Shown here: in pieces, positions 42,657 through 54,794 of the stretch
Numbering within the stretch: position 1 is the stretch's first letter
Layout of the letters: each line of letters opens with the position of its first letter
NCBI RefSeq assembly: GCF_036321535.1
Contig: NC_087437.1
Span: 78,680,001-78,744,000 of the forward strand
DNA from: Camelus dromedarius
Lineage: Eukaryota
Length of the DNA: 64,000 nucleotides
Direction: 5' to 3'
The notes under the pieces: generated by a model
What the model was told of the DNA's origin: nothing
What the model saw: only the letters and a program-made list of their open reading frames with translations
The model's database searches: none
Made by a program: the position numbers and the translations under genes

Positions 42657-43694
42657 CATTTTTCTGCTAAAAGAGATCATAGCTTTGTGCTGACAATTGT
42701 ACAATGTACGAACACTGGGCGCCTCATATATTTTATCTGTCTCTCTAATTTACTGTGAGAGTGACAGCTCCTTATTGGTTACTGCATTGTGGCCAGAAGA
42801 ATAATTAAACTATATCAGAGATCCAATATTTATTTGTAGTATTTATTATTGGAAATTGGTTAATATAAAATATGAGTTAAAGCTTAATACTATATAGCTA
42901 AGGTTCCATTTTGTGATGTAGCATCTACAACTATATCAAAATCACAGCAAATCTTTTAATCTAGATCAAAGTATTACTTCCAAAAGAACCAGCAAACAAC
43001 AAGTCAATCTTTCTAGTAATACTTGTCTCAAGGCTTTATTGATATTAGTTCTAAAGAGATCAGTCTCTTTTAAGAGAGTTGCTTCTTCATTGATTTTTTT
43101 GAAGCCCCTTTATTGAGGAAAAAAAAAAAAAGATATTTCCAGAGAAAATTGTTGAAGTATATATTAATGTAGCCACCTCCGAGATCATACAGTCTCTTCA
43201 TTTTACCAGAGAAATCTCTTGTTATGGTTAAATTATTAGTGCCAAGATCAATTTAAAAAGCTATTCTTGAAATAAATGAATTGGTATGCAATTACCTTCT
43301 GAGTTAGATCATTTCAATATTTTAAACCACATGGATGAGATCATTAAAAAGCCACTGATAGAAAAAAATTCAAGCTTGAAACAGGTTTAATATTCATTCT
43401 TCCATGTTCCTTAAATCTTGGTAAGTCAATGACAACTCCAACCAAAGTATACATAAGCAGGACAAAAATGTCAATCATTTCTATTTGTTCATTTTTAAAT
43501 CTCTACACAAGAAAGAATATAAAAAAGATTTCTAATTTTGATAATATAAAACATTACATTGAGGTTAAAATAACAATATACAAGTTGAATATACTAGAAG
43601 TATAATCCTGTAATTTTAGAATTATTGAAAAAGTGCTTTGTTACAAACCAATTTCCCATCTCCTACAGAATTAGAAAGTAAAGCAGTAGTAAAA

Positions 43695-44284
43695 TACAGA
43701 GGAGAGAAAAAATAATTTCCCCCCTATCCTTTGCGTTCTTGGTTATGACCCTCTAATAAAAGACAGGTTAACAAGGAAAAAACAAACAGAAGTTTATTAA
43801 TGTGTATACTATATCTATACACGGAAGATACCCAGGGAAAATGAATAACTTTCCCAGATGTCTGAAGCCACTACCTTAAATATCATCTTTGGCTAAAGAC
43901 AAAAGGAAGATGTGTGTGTTCGGGGTGCAGTTATGTGATGTTACCATATAAAACAAGGAAAATAAGGGTAAGATCTTTAAGGCAGATTTAGGGCTGTGCT
44001 TTCTCCACTATGATAAGAGTTCCTGGTGGAGCATCTGTCTCTTTCTGGTACAGAAAGGGAGACATCACTACAAACGGAGTTTTCATTTATAAATAAATAT
44101 ATATATATAATATATATATATATTATATATATATATAGCATAAATATATATATATTGCAAAAGGATAACTGCTACTCTGTTTTCTGAGCTTCTCCTGAGT
44201 CTGCTGCTTTTCAAAATAATCATCTTAAAATAGTCCTTATGCCAAAGAGACATATTTTAAGGTGGCATATTCTCCTATCCATCA
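43695..44284 (-). mobile_element. MER34-family solo LTR with an internal (TA)n expansion
   Basis: Right end 'ccttatgccaaagagacatattttaaggtggcatattct' is the reverse of the MER34 5' end; 'aaagacaggttaacaagg..aaaacaaacagaagtttattaa'. Confidence 0.85.
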
Positions 44285-44645
44285 AATATACAAAACACAA
44301 AAATGATTTCATCTATAAAAGTCCTATCTCTCATATTATATTATTAATTAAGAAAAAGAGGAAAATTAATTGAGAATATCATTGATGACATAGTACTGAA
44401 TATTTTAATGGGTGATCTACTTGTCTTTCTATCTATGCTTATTATAGGTAATAAGCAGATACAATCTTCTCAGAGGGTATGTTCTCCTTTTATTGTTGCT
44501 TTTGCTTCTTCACTCAGGAATTATTTTTTTCTGTCTTGTATTCTTCATTCAGAGGAATTAGAAATTTGTACCACAGCACAGACACAAACCAATATAAGCA
44601 CAGTAAAGATTCCTGGAAAAAAATTCCTTCCATGCCTCATTGACT

Positions 44646-45029
44646 TGTTAGAAGATAAAATGAAGCATATTAAAATTTTTAAGAGTTTATTTGAGCAAAA
44701 ATTAATTCAAATTGGTTAGCAGCCAGTCTAGCAGATAGAAAGGAGCTCTGAGGAGCTATACAAAATGAAACAAATTTTATAGGCAGAAGGGAGTAGAAAC
44801 AAGGAAGTTATACTAGGCAAAATAGTGGGTTGGTTATTGCAAAATTACTTTCCCTCAGGGAATGGCAGTGGTCTATTAGACAGATTATCCACCTACTGCT
44901 GATCAGGTGACTCCTGATTGACTGGTTTAAGATTCCATTTTTGGAAGAGCCAAACAGTAAGTCTTGTTTTGGTGGTGCTAGGCTTAGTGTAACTAACTCC
45001 ATATTGGGTCTGTTGTCTTGCTTTTAAAA
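44646..45029 (-). mobile_element. ERV1 (MER4-group-like) solo LTR
   Basis: Starts 'tgttagaagataaaat'; antisense polyA 'gtttatttgagcaaa'; antisense TATA 'ttttataggc'; ends 'ctccatattgggtctgttgtcttgcttttaa'. Confidence 0.7.
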
Positions 45030-45550
45030 ACTTACATCTAGTCCAAGACTCTATGTGATTAAGTATTTAGAACATTCACTTTTCTTTGAGTAGTTTTCTT
45101 TACAGGGATTTTATATATATATCTTAAATCAAATTATAGGGCAATGATGCTCTAGAAGCAAGTAAGCAGTTGATAATTTGTATGTAAGCTTGTTACAATA
45201 GTTGAGTGCTTTGGCCTTTGGTTGAGGAAGAATGTAGTGGGGACATTGCTCTAGTCCATCTCTGAGTCCTGATTTTAAGCATGCTAAATGGCTCCTTTGA
45301 AACTATGTTTCTAGCAATTCTTTCATAGATGATTCATCTCTTTCCTAACTCATATAAAACTCAATTCAGGGCTTTAAATTAAAGGGCAATGACTAAAACT
45401 TCTCACTTTCTCTTCTCATGGATTTTTCATAACTTCCTCTTTTAAATGTCTTCACATCTTGATTTTTTCAAGTCCCAGAAATGTTCTTGATCATTAGAAT
45501 ACACACAGTACATTTGAGAAAGGGAAAAGGAATGTGGGGTAGAATTGCCT

Positions 45551-46119
45551 TGTCAGAAAGGAAAAAATTTTCTCTACCCTTCTAGGTTCTTCTGGCTGGC
45601 CTAAGAATTAAACTGATATGAAACAGATTAAAAAAGAAGACTGAACAAAACTTTAATAATATAAATACATGGGAGAGACCCAGGAGAACTGAGTAACAAA
45701 AATGACTGAAGCCCTCACCTTAAATATCATCTTCAGCTAAAGACACAAGATGATGTTTGGCATAGTGGTTTAGGACTTCAAAGGGGAAGTAGACAATTCA
45801 CATGGAGATGAAAATGCAAGTGTTTGGTAAACAAATGTTTGCTGCACCTTAGAGAAACAATGGGGCACAGAGAGGAGTTTTAAAAAACAGACTTTACTAG
45901 GTTCTTCCCTGACTACCACACTTAGTTTATATCATACCAAAGTTATCTCTGGTGATACATAACTATCCTGGAATAGGTCCTTTATCTAATTTCTTTGAGG
46001 CAGTTAAGGGGAAATTCAAATGCCCTTCCTGAGTCTTTTGGGCCTTGATTGTTTTCAGCTGGAAATAATCCCCATGCCAAAGAGACACATTTTGGGGTGG
46101 CAAATTTTGTTCCACTGTA
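45551..46119 (-). mobile_element. MER34-like solo LTR (ungulate subfamily)
   Basis: 'atgccaaagagacacattttggggtggcaaattttg' at the right end; TSD gcct/gtct; homologous to the LTRs at 51467, 52332 and 63530. Confidence 0.88.
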
Positions 46120-46802
46120 GTCTACTAGCTTTTCCTGCTCATAATCATAATTGAAGGCTGATGAAAATAGGAAAGGGTAGTGAAATCTCCCTAAGTCACA
46201 TGTAAAAACATTCTTCCAATGACAACAAGATATATTTTTAGGATTGTACTCCAAAGGGAGAAATTAAAATGGAGAGAGGATCCCAAAAGAGGGCAAAGAG
46301 AAGACAGAAATAATAAATGATGAAAATGTAAGGCACAGTGCTTTTACTTCCTGCAGGAAGCTTTCTCTAAGTCACAATAAGTAGTTCTTTCTCAATTACC
46401 ACAGCACAATGGCTTTTTTCTTTCATATGCTTCACTAATTCCATTTTGGTTTATGGTATAGTTATTTTCATGTTCCTCTCCTTATTAGAACGTAATTTGT
46501 TTAAGTGCTATATCTACAATATCAATCTTTGTGCCTCCCTCTGCATTGCATGAGATAGAATTCAACAAATTTTGTTGTCTTAAAGTAAAATATTTGCAGA
46601 TTCACAGATAGGTTAGGACACACTAAAGCAACATCAGAAATCCTGGTATTTGGTCTTATAAAGAAAAATTTTAGAAATTATTATAATAGAACTTACTGTT
46701 AGTAGTAAAAAAAGTTACAGGTTTAAAACAACTATAAAGATATTGTCTCCACCAAGTCTTGTAGCACCATTAACATTTTGGTATACACTGTTTCAGATCA
46801 GA

Positions 46803-46837
46803 TGTGTGTGTGTGTGTATATATATATATGTACGTGT

Positions 46838-46864
<27 letters not shown>
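46803..46864 (+). repeat. (TG)7-(TA)n-(CA)12 compound microsatellite
   Basis: Read directly from the sequence. Confidence 0.95.
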
Positions 46865-46868
<4 letters not shown>

Positions 46869-47819
46869 TGTATCTTTTAGGATCTGGACAGTCCAGTAAC
46901 AACAACCTTTACTATTCATTAGAGCCATATGATGTCTTATTATCAGACACTTTCTCTTCTAAAAATTATCTTGTTTAGACTTTCCCTTCATGACAACAGC
47001 CACTAATCTTGCTAATTCTTTTCTTTTTTTAAATTTTTCTCACTTGCACTAATTCCACATCCAATATCCCAATGACACCTTATTTTTCCTCCATTTTTTT
47101 ACCCTTTTCCTTCTGATTTATTTATTCTAGATTTCCCAGTGAATTATCACAAACAGGTATCACACACTTGGTGTCAAAGAAACAAAACATTTTCTTCCCC
47201 TCATGTCTAGTTTATTTAATCTGCATCATTAAATCAATATAGATACCTCAAACATATTTTATAAAATCCTGGCAATAATTTCACATAGTAAAGTTTATTA
47301 TTTATATTTTATAAATAAGAGATTCAGAAATTTTTCCAGGATTTTACTATTTTCATCTAGATTTCTCAATATGTCCTGTAAACCCTGAAATTCAACTCCA
47401 AATTACTTCATATTTCAATCCTTATATAGTTCTTAATATACACATTTTCATTACCCAAATCCCATGCTGATTCTCTTCACTTTCAAATGTTTTAAAGACT
47501 ATAAATCTTTCTGTTATGAATTACCTGAATAATTTACTCTTAATTCAGCATATAATAATATTACTACTCATTATTCTTCCCTTATATAAAACTCCTATCA
47601 AAGCCATGCCCTTGCGACTTTTCAATATTAAATTCACAAGAAGTACTCTAACTTCTTTCTACATTATAGCCATGCTATGCTAGTTAACTTAAATAAGTAA
47701 ATCTGCCTTCTCCCTTGGTATATCAATATGCATATTCTCTCTTAGAGAAGTTTCTCCTTGCATTCACCACCATACTTTAAATGGGTACTTTTAATGGGTA
47801 AAATGGGTATTACTCCTTT

Positions 47820-48400
47820 CCTTATTTCCCAGTTTTCCTCCACCCTCAGGATTACTCCACTGAATTGACTCAATAGTCAGCAATGACTTTTTACTTGCCA
47901 ATTCTTCTTGTCTCTTAACTTCTTATCTTACTGAAATTATAAGTCTGATATCAGAGAGCTGACCAGTCTCTCTTTGATAAGTTCTTTTGCCTTGTGAGAC
48001 ACTGCATTTCCTTCTTTTTCTCTTTCCAATCAATCTAGTGTCTTACTTTGTCTTTCACTCCCTTTCTCTACCCACACCTTAGTGTATGATTCCATAAAGC
48101 TATTCCTTTGTCTCTCCTTGCTCTCCTTAAAGAACACAATGCTTCTGAAATATAATTTACTTCCATTTCTTTAATTATTGTTGCTTTAATAATGGCATTA
48201 TTCTTTTGCTCCAGTCACTTAATGGTGCTTCATACATAAATTTGGTTACATTATTTTATGCACTACCCTCTTGCCTTTTCCCAAAACACAGCAATCCCAA
48301 ATGAGTTCCTTATTTCCAAATGAGTTGCTGTTTTATCCCAGATACCACCTCTTCTCAGTTTCTGCTTAGTTGGTGGTCCACTACTCAGGGCTCAAACTCA
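47820..48400 (+). mobile_element. L2 ORF2 remnant
   Basis: 'actccactgaattgactc...gtcagcaatgactttttacttgccaattc', 'gctgaccagtctctctttgataa'. Confidence 0.55.
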
Positions 48401-49743
48401 CACTGACTCACATATACATTCCCTCAATAAATGTTTATACCAGGCACAAACCAAAGAGTTATAAATGCACATACGAGTAAAAGGGTACTTTCTACAAGAT
48501 AAAAACTGCAATGATTAATGGTAATATAGAGTATACTTCAAAGTAAATTGGTGACAAAGTGCTATTGTAGTAAAATTAAGCCAAAATGATTTTCAGTAAG
48601 TTAGTACAAAGTAGGAACATATTCTCTTTAATCTAATGGTGCTAGACATGCTATCTCACAAACCACACAATCGCTGAACTCCATCTAAGAAACACACCCA
48701 ACTAATTAAAATAAATATTTGTTATCTATTTAGTGTTTACTAACACTGTAGAACTCTGGTAATTGCTTTACAAGTAACATTGGAACCAAGCAGAACCCTG
48801 TGGCCCCAGCCCTGTCCCCAGTATAAAACTGAGCAGCTAATGATTAGGACAATAGAGTCACAGACTCCGTGTCTGATAGACATTCCTGAGTTATTTGACA
48901 GATACTATAATGGCTCCTGGAGGAGAAAGCTAACTATATCATGACCAGACTGTAACATGAGCAGTACTGAATCTATGGCTAGCACAATTTCAAGAACTGG
49001 CCTCTAAAGAATGGGATTGCTCATAATAATCTATATCTTAGTGGACATCAAAATAATTATAGCTTACTCTGCCTGTATATGTAACTGGGGAACTAAAATT
49101 GTCATCAGAGAGATGCTACAGACCCATGTGAACATCTTCCACTCTGAGAATATGGTACCCTATGTCAGTATGAAGAGAGTACAGGTGATGGATTTTTGCC
49201 CCTAATCCCTTAGAAATGGAATGATGTTTGATAGTGGGGAATTGAAAGCAGCTCTTTTGCCCCTTTCCTGTTCACCCACTTCTGTTTTCCCTCTAACTTT
49301 AAAAGACGCTAATTATTGGAATGAGATCATTAAGCAATTTAAATTAACTCCTGACTTACACTCTCTTAAATGCACACCATGCCTTCTTTAACCTGTTGAT
49401 TCTTCTCCTAGATAAAAAAGAAGTAAGAATAAAGAATTAAGCAGCTAAAGAATGATTTGGTCTCTACCCTCGACAACCCTCTTAGCAATCCTGCAGGCAG
49501 ATCACAGGGGCAAGATAACATCTGAAAAGAGGGTCAGCCAGTCTGCACACAATGGAGAATGATGCAGAACACAACTCTTACCTCGATGATTCACTCAGAT
49601 TCTCCTCTCCCCCATTTTTCCCTTTAAAAACTCTCATGGCATGGCTGAGTAGAATCTTTGGAGATAATCTCTGGACATGAGTCTACCATTTCCCCAGATT
49701 ATCAGCTTTACTGATTAAAGCACCTTTGCTTTCTAATGACACC

Positions 49744-50438
49744 TGTGAATGAAAAATACTGCAAATCATATCAGTAAACAAATAATGCTGAAGCCATCAA
49801 GTCATCAGCCACTACCCCCCAGTGAAGACAAGCCTGCAGCCCAGCCTCCGCAGCCACTCACAATGGTGCCCTCTGAGGGGACTCAGAATAAGAAAGGACA
49901 AGATACTGGCCCTAGATGGCTAGATGCTTGTTAAAGGAATGAATTCAGTGAGCCATTTGCTTCCTCCCATGCATAGTAAAGCACTAAATTCTGTAACTTG
50001 CAATGCCTGGTTTTGTTTAGATAACAAGTAATCTTTTATTGTTCCAACTACTGGAACAATAGTTGGTCTTTGTAGTAAAGCTACAAGGTCTTTGTAGTAA
50101 AGCTGGTCTTTGTAGTAAAGCTCCTATATATCCTAGCTCCTCCCCTACCTCTTCGGAGCAGTCCCTCAGAGCAATCTGAGTGGCTGTCATCCCGGTCTTT
50201 GTAGTAAAGCTCCTATATATCCTAGCTCCTCCCCTACCTCTTCGGAGCAGTCCCTCAGAGCAATCTGAGTGGCTGTCATCCCGGTCTTTGTAGTAAAGCT
50301 CCTATATATCCTAGCTCCTCCCCTACCTCTTCGGAGCAGTCCCTCAGAGCAATCTGAGTGGCTGTCATCCCGGCTCGAGTCCTCCTGCCAAGTAAAACAA
50401 CTCTCAACTTTTAGGTTGTGCATTTATTTCGGTCAAGA
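49744..50438 (+). mobile_element. MER41-like solo LTR A, internally rearranged
   Basis: TSD cacc (49740-49743, 50439-50442); TATA 'cctatatatcc'; same family as the inverted copy at 53872-54353; resembles the recalled bovine MER41_BT. Confidence 0.9.
50105..50371 (+). repeat. Perfect tandem triplication of an 89-bp LTR TATA-region unit
   Basis: Units 50105-50193, 50194-50282 and 50283-50371 are identical (ggtctttgtagtaaagctcctatatatcc...gtggctgtcatccc). Confidence 0.95.
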
Positions 50439-51466
50439 CACCTCTTGAACTACTGACTTTTAAGCAGTGACAGCCAAATCAGAGTTCAGTAACAACATCA
50501 TTTAATAGTCAAACAATCTGTGGACTAGGTGCCATCACTTCTATTCTACAGGTGAGGATTCAGGAATTAGAAATATTAAGTAACATGTTCTGGGATCTCT
50601 CAGGTTTCCATAAGCAAAATTAAAGGAAATATCCATATTTGTCTGACATTAAACTATGATTTTTCTACTCATTTGCCTCCCCAAGTGATAAAAACTGCCC
50701 TATTGAATTTTCACAGATTACTTTTTATTGAAGACCAAATTACAGATATATGTCAAAACAAAATTTTTGCCCTTTTATTTACAGTAAGTTAAATGTTTTA
50801 ACCACATATAGCAACTAATTTAAAAAAGAATATTCAAGTCACTTGTGAAAAATACATTAAAAATCTATCTGCATTCAATTCAAAACATTAAATAGATAAA
50901 TGTCTGAAATGGTACTGTGAAATATTTATGATTTTAAAATATTCCATATTGAGATAAGAGGCAAGTATAAGTAATTGTTGAGTATTGGCGAAAAATTTTT
51001 TGTACCACCCAAGCTGTAAGATATATTGCAGTCAATACAAATGTATTCCTACTTTATGTTTTTCATATTTAACAAGGAATGTCAGGAAATATATAAGTAA
51101 CTAAGCAAGAAATAATTTGGAAATTAAACAGTATATTAATCATCTTTTTCTCAAACCCATAAGAGAATAAAATAGAATGAAGATTTCTATTTTTCACTTT
51201 GGGTAAGAAAACTTCACTGGCCATGCCAATGACAATAATTAAAAATATATATGTATTACTTGGTGAGAGATACCAATGATCCATTATGTTTAGCAAATAA
51301 TTGCTAACTATAAAATGTATCACTTGTCTGGCATAAAATTTTATCATAGTTCAGAATGGATTGCCAAAGACTAACCCCTATGTAATCAAGTACATTAAAA
51401 TTGTGTTATGTATATAAAAAGGATTATATAAAAAATATCTGAACCAATTAGTTTAATCAAGGAAAT

Positions 51467-52327
51467 TGTAGGAAAGCAAAATTTGTCACCCTGAAGTAGA
51501 GAATATCCTTTGTTTTGTTGGAAGTTTACAGGGACACCATGACCTAGCCCACGGGGATGGCTGCAAGAACAAAGAATGCCTGTAGCATTACAGCAATCAA
51601 CCACACAACCTCCCTTATTTTTTGCATAAAAGGAGCCTGTATTCTGATTATAGCAGGATGGTTCTCCAAGACATTAGTCTGCCATCCTCTTGGTCTGCTA
51701 GCTTTCTGAATAAAGTCACTATTCCTTCCCTAACACCTTGTCTCCCAATTTATTGCCCTATCATGTGGCGAGCAGAATGAGTTTGGACTCAGCAACGACC
51801 CCAAAATGTGTCTCTTTGGCATGAGGATTATTTTAAGCTGATTATTTTCAAGAAACCAAAGACTTAGGAAGACTTTCTTTTTACCTCTCTGTCAGCTATC
51901 TAAAGAATTTAGATATAGAGCCTGGTCCAGGAAGAGCACTACCAACAGAGATACTGACAAAGAGTATGGGCCAGGTGTGGTAGGGGAACTCAGCAGGGCC
52001 TGGAGTCCAAAGTCCTGTGTCCTGTTGTCTCTCCTTGGGACAACAAACCCTTGTTTACCAAACATTTGCCTTTCCATCTCCATGTGAATTATCTTAATCC
52101 CCTTTCAAGTTCCAAACTATTATTTCCAAAATTTTAAAAATGGTATTTAAGGTAAGGGCTTTAGCCATTTTGGAGAAATACTAAGTTTTCCTGAGTCTCT
52201 GCCATGTACATAGAAGATATCCATGTGATTAAACTTTTGCTTGTTTTTCTCCTGTTAATTTGTCTAATTCTTAGACCACTCAGAAGAACCTAGAAGAGTA
52301 GAAGAATGATTTTTCCTTCCTGTGAGA
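51467..52327 (+). mobile_element. MER34-like solo LTR interrupted by a nested LTR
   Basis: 'tgtaggaaagcaaaatttgtcaccc' rejoins 'caaaatgtgtctctttggcatgagg' across the insert; flanks aaat/aaat. Confidence 0.85.
51492..51797 (+). mobile_element. ERV1 solo LTR nested in the MER34-like LTR
   Basis: TSD accc (51488-51491, 51798-51801); TATA-like 'cataaaagg'; 'ctgaataaagtc'; U5 'gagtttggactcagcaac'. Confidence 0.85.
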
Positions 52328-52814
52328 AAATGTCTGGTAAACAAATGTTTGAAGGGCCATAAAGAAACAATGGGACATAGTGAGGAATTTTAACAAAGAG
52401 ACTTTGCTAAGTTCCTCCTTGTGACCATATCTAGTTCATATTATACTATAGTGATAGCTCCCTACCTGGAACAGTTTCATGCTATCTAAATTCCTTAAGG
52501 CAGATTTTTCCTGAATCTTTCAAGCTTTGATTATTTTCAGATTGAAATAATCTCCATGACTAAGAGATTACACTTTAAGGGTGGCAAATTTTGCTTCACT
52601 GCAGTGCCATCTTTAAAACTTCTCCAAGAAGTTTCACAGTCCAGAAGTTGAGTTGATAGGTTGCTTTATATCTCATTGAGCCAGTCTCTTAGTCCTGATA
52701 ATAGGTCAGTTCAGTGAAACTCCTTTCAGATGGTGGTGAAGCAGGTGGGCTGCCAAAGTTAGGTCCATAATGTACAAGCAATCAGGTATTTGATAAGAGG
52801 CATTTCTATGGAAA

Positions 52815-53323
52815 TGTTAGTGAATGGAAGATGCCCCCTTAGAACGAGGATCTCACAAAAGGTGGGTTCTTGCCTGCCAGCTAGAAAGAATTCATAGCTG
52901 AGTCAGAGGAACAGAGTGAAAGCTGCTTTATTTCTCAAAAGAGGAAAAGGAAGGAAAGAGCTTGAGCAGGGAGAAGGGAAGAAAAGCTCTCACATCATGT
53001 CCTCATTCCAGTGTGCTAGAGCCAGTGGGTCCTCGTATGGGCTTCTCAGACCTCGTATGGGCTTTTCTCATTGTTGTCATGGAAACTGTCAACTGTCAAG
53101 GTGCTGACGGGTGTGTCATTTAGCATGCTAATACTTTATAATGAGTGTATAATGAGGCTCAAGTTTCACTGGAAATCAAATCCTCCACTATCTTGGGCTC
53201 CATTGTTCTAATCTCTTATTTCTTCTGGTTGCAATTACCTCCTGAGACTTAGATAAGAATAATTGGTTTATAGTCAAGGGAGGGGCAGGGGCATGTTGCC
53301 TGGAGGCAACATCCTTGGTAACA
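52815..53323 (-). mobile_element. ERV1 LTR (LTR8/MER4-group-like)
   Basis: TG...CA termini; 'gtgtcatttagcatgctaatactttataatgagtgtataatgag'; flanks gaaa/aaaa; internal repeat cctcgtatgggctt at 53031 and 53051. Confidence 0.7.
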
Positions 53324-53718
53324 AAAAGGAAAGTTGCTTTTAGTCAGAATGCCAGCAATCTGGTGGACCAAGAGCCACCCGCCCCCCACCCCCAATCTCT
53401 GAAGATTCTGCTCAGTCACAAACAATGGGCAGGGGTTGAGGGCACATTAGTATCTTCAAAATAACTTAGAGACATTGTTATGTATATTCCTTAAGGAGGA
53501 ACCAGGACTGTGCCTTAAGGCTGCACTATTGTTTCTTGACTGTTCCTCCCCCACCTCTGCATTCCCTCCCTTTCCAGATTAACAGCTGTTTGAATCTCCC
53601 CTCTGGAGCTCATGGAAGGTCAAGGAGGCTAAAGGAAGCCTATTTCCTACAAACAAAAAAATGTGAACATGGAAAGATTTGTGCCAGGGAGGACACCACA
53701 GGGTCCTGCTTGGTATCA
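53324..53718 (-). mobile_element. Truncated ERV1 3' LTR of a second provirus, with an adjacent polypurine tract
   Basis: Ends 'cagggtcctgcttggtatca' (similar 5' terminus to the 48781 LTR), followed by 'tttcccccctttt', the antisense PPT (53719-53731). Confidence 0.7.
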
Positions 53719-53871
53719 TTTCCCCCCTTTTCTTTTGATACTCCTCAATGTTGAGAAGAGCAGCTGTTGAACAAGAAAAGGAATAAAATTTTGGATAGAG
53801 GGGGGTTGGTCATAAACTCAGCAGAGAAAGCCAGTTTTAGAGGGACTCTGTTTCAATCCCTCCTTTATTTT

Positions 53872-54353
53872 TGTCGGCTGAAATAAATGCACAGCCTAAA
53901 AGTTAAAGAGTTATGTTTTATCTGGCGGGAGGACTCGAGCCGGGATGACAGCCACTCAGATTGCTCTGAGGGACTGCTCCGAAGAGGTAGGGGAGGAGCT
54001 AGGATATATAGGAGCTTTACTACAAAGACCAGGTAGTTGGAACAATAAAAGATTACTTGTTATCTAAACAAAACCAGGCATTGCAAGTTACAGAATTTAG
54101 TGCTTTACTATGCATGGGAGGAAGCAAATGGCTCACTGAATTCATTCCTTTAACAAGCATCTAGCCATCTAGGGCCAGTATCTTGTCCTTTCTTATTCTG
54201 AGTCCCCTCAGAGGGCACCATTGTGAGTGGCTGCGGAGGCTGGGCTGCAGGCTTGTCCTCACAGGTGGTGGTGGTGGTGGGGCAGCGGCTGATGACCTGA
54301 TGGCTTCAGCATTATTTGTTTACTGATATAGTTTGTAGTATTTTTCATTCACA
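53872..54353 (-). mobile_element. MER41-like solo LTR B
   Basis: TG...CA termini, TSD tttt; inverted homologue of 49744-50438; CpGs retained. Confidence 0.92.
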
Positions 54354-54659
54354 TTTTGATCCTTTCCTAAATCTTTCAGGGAATGGGGTGATGACCACTC
54401 TGGCTACTTCCTGCTAAAACAGGGCATAGTCCTGCCACAGTTTGGGAAATGGACATCAAGTTGAAAAGATTCCAGTTTCAAGTCCTTGATCTGAGCCTAG
54501 TATGATTAAGAATCAATCACTTGGTATGCCATTTTCGTTCAACAGACCCAGTTAGATGTAGGAGTAACAACCCAAACCTTGACAAAATAGATCTCATTCT
54601 TTGAGGGAGTCAGGATAATAAACCTGAAACCCAATCTGGACCCGGCACTTTGGGGAGGC

Positions 54660-54794
54660 TTGTAGCCAGGTAGCCAGGTGTCTAATTTTAACTTCTGATG
54701 TGACATTTAGATATACATAATAGGAACTATTGACCACTACACATAAGTCTCTCTTTTCTGTTAATATCTGATCTAAAGCAACTTCATTGTCTAA
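54660..54794 (-). pseudogene. env: Gamma-type retroviral env TM remnant (ISD and decayed CX6CC)
   Basis: LDNEVALDQILTEKRDLCVVVNSSYYVYLNVTSEV...ATWLQ aligns with the pattern LDNRxALDxLLAExGGxCxxxNxxCCxxIN. Confidence 0.8.

Larger units (their letters stand above)
48781..50494 (+). mobile_element. ERV1 solo LTR (outer), interrupted by MER41-like LTR A
   Basis: TG (tggaaccaagcagaaccc) ... CA (gagttcagtaaca); perfect TSD acat (48777-48780, 50495-50498); polyA-like attaaa near 49714. Confidence 0.8.

Noticed and set aside
42137..42704. Four overlapping 85-118 aa ORFs
   Set aside because: They coincide with a solo LTR and L1 flank, and show no protein-family resemblance.
50065..50371. CRISPR-like array (recurring ggtctttgtagtaaagct)
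   Set aside because: The intervening sequences are identical rather than unique spacers, the context is a mammalian LTR, and no cas genes are present.
50439..53871. Fixed inversion between the inverted LTRs explaining the local plus-strand LTR cluster
   Set aside because: Both LTRs keep matching TSDs and the outer LTR is continuous across LTR A; the plus-strand elements begin outside the pair.
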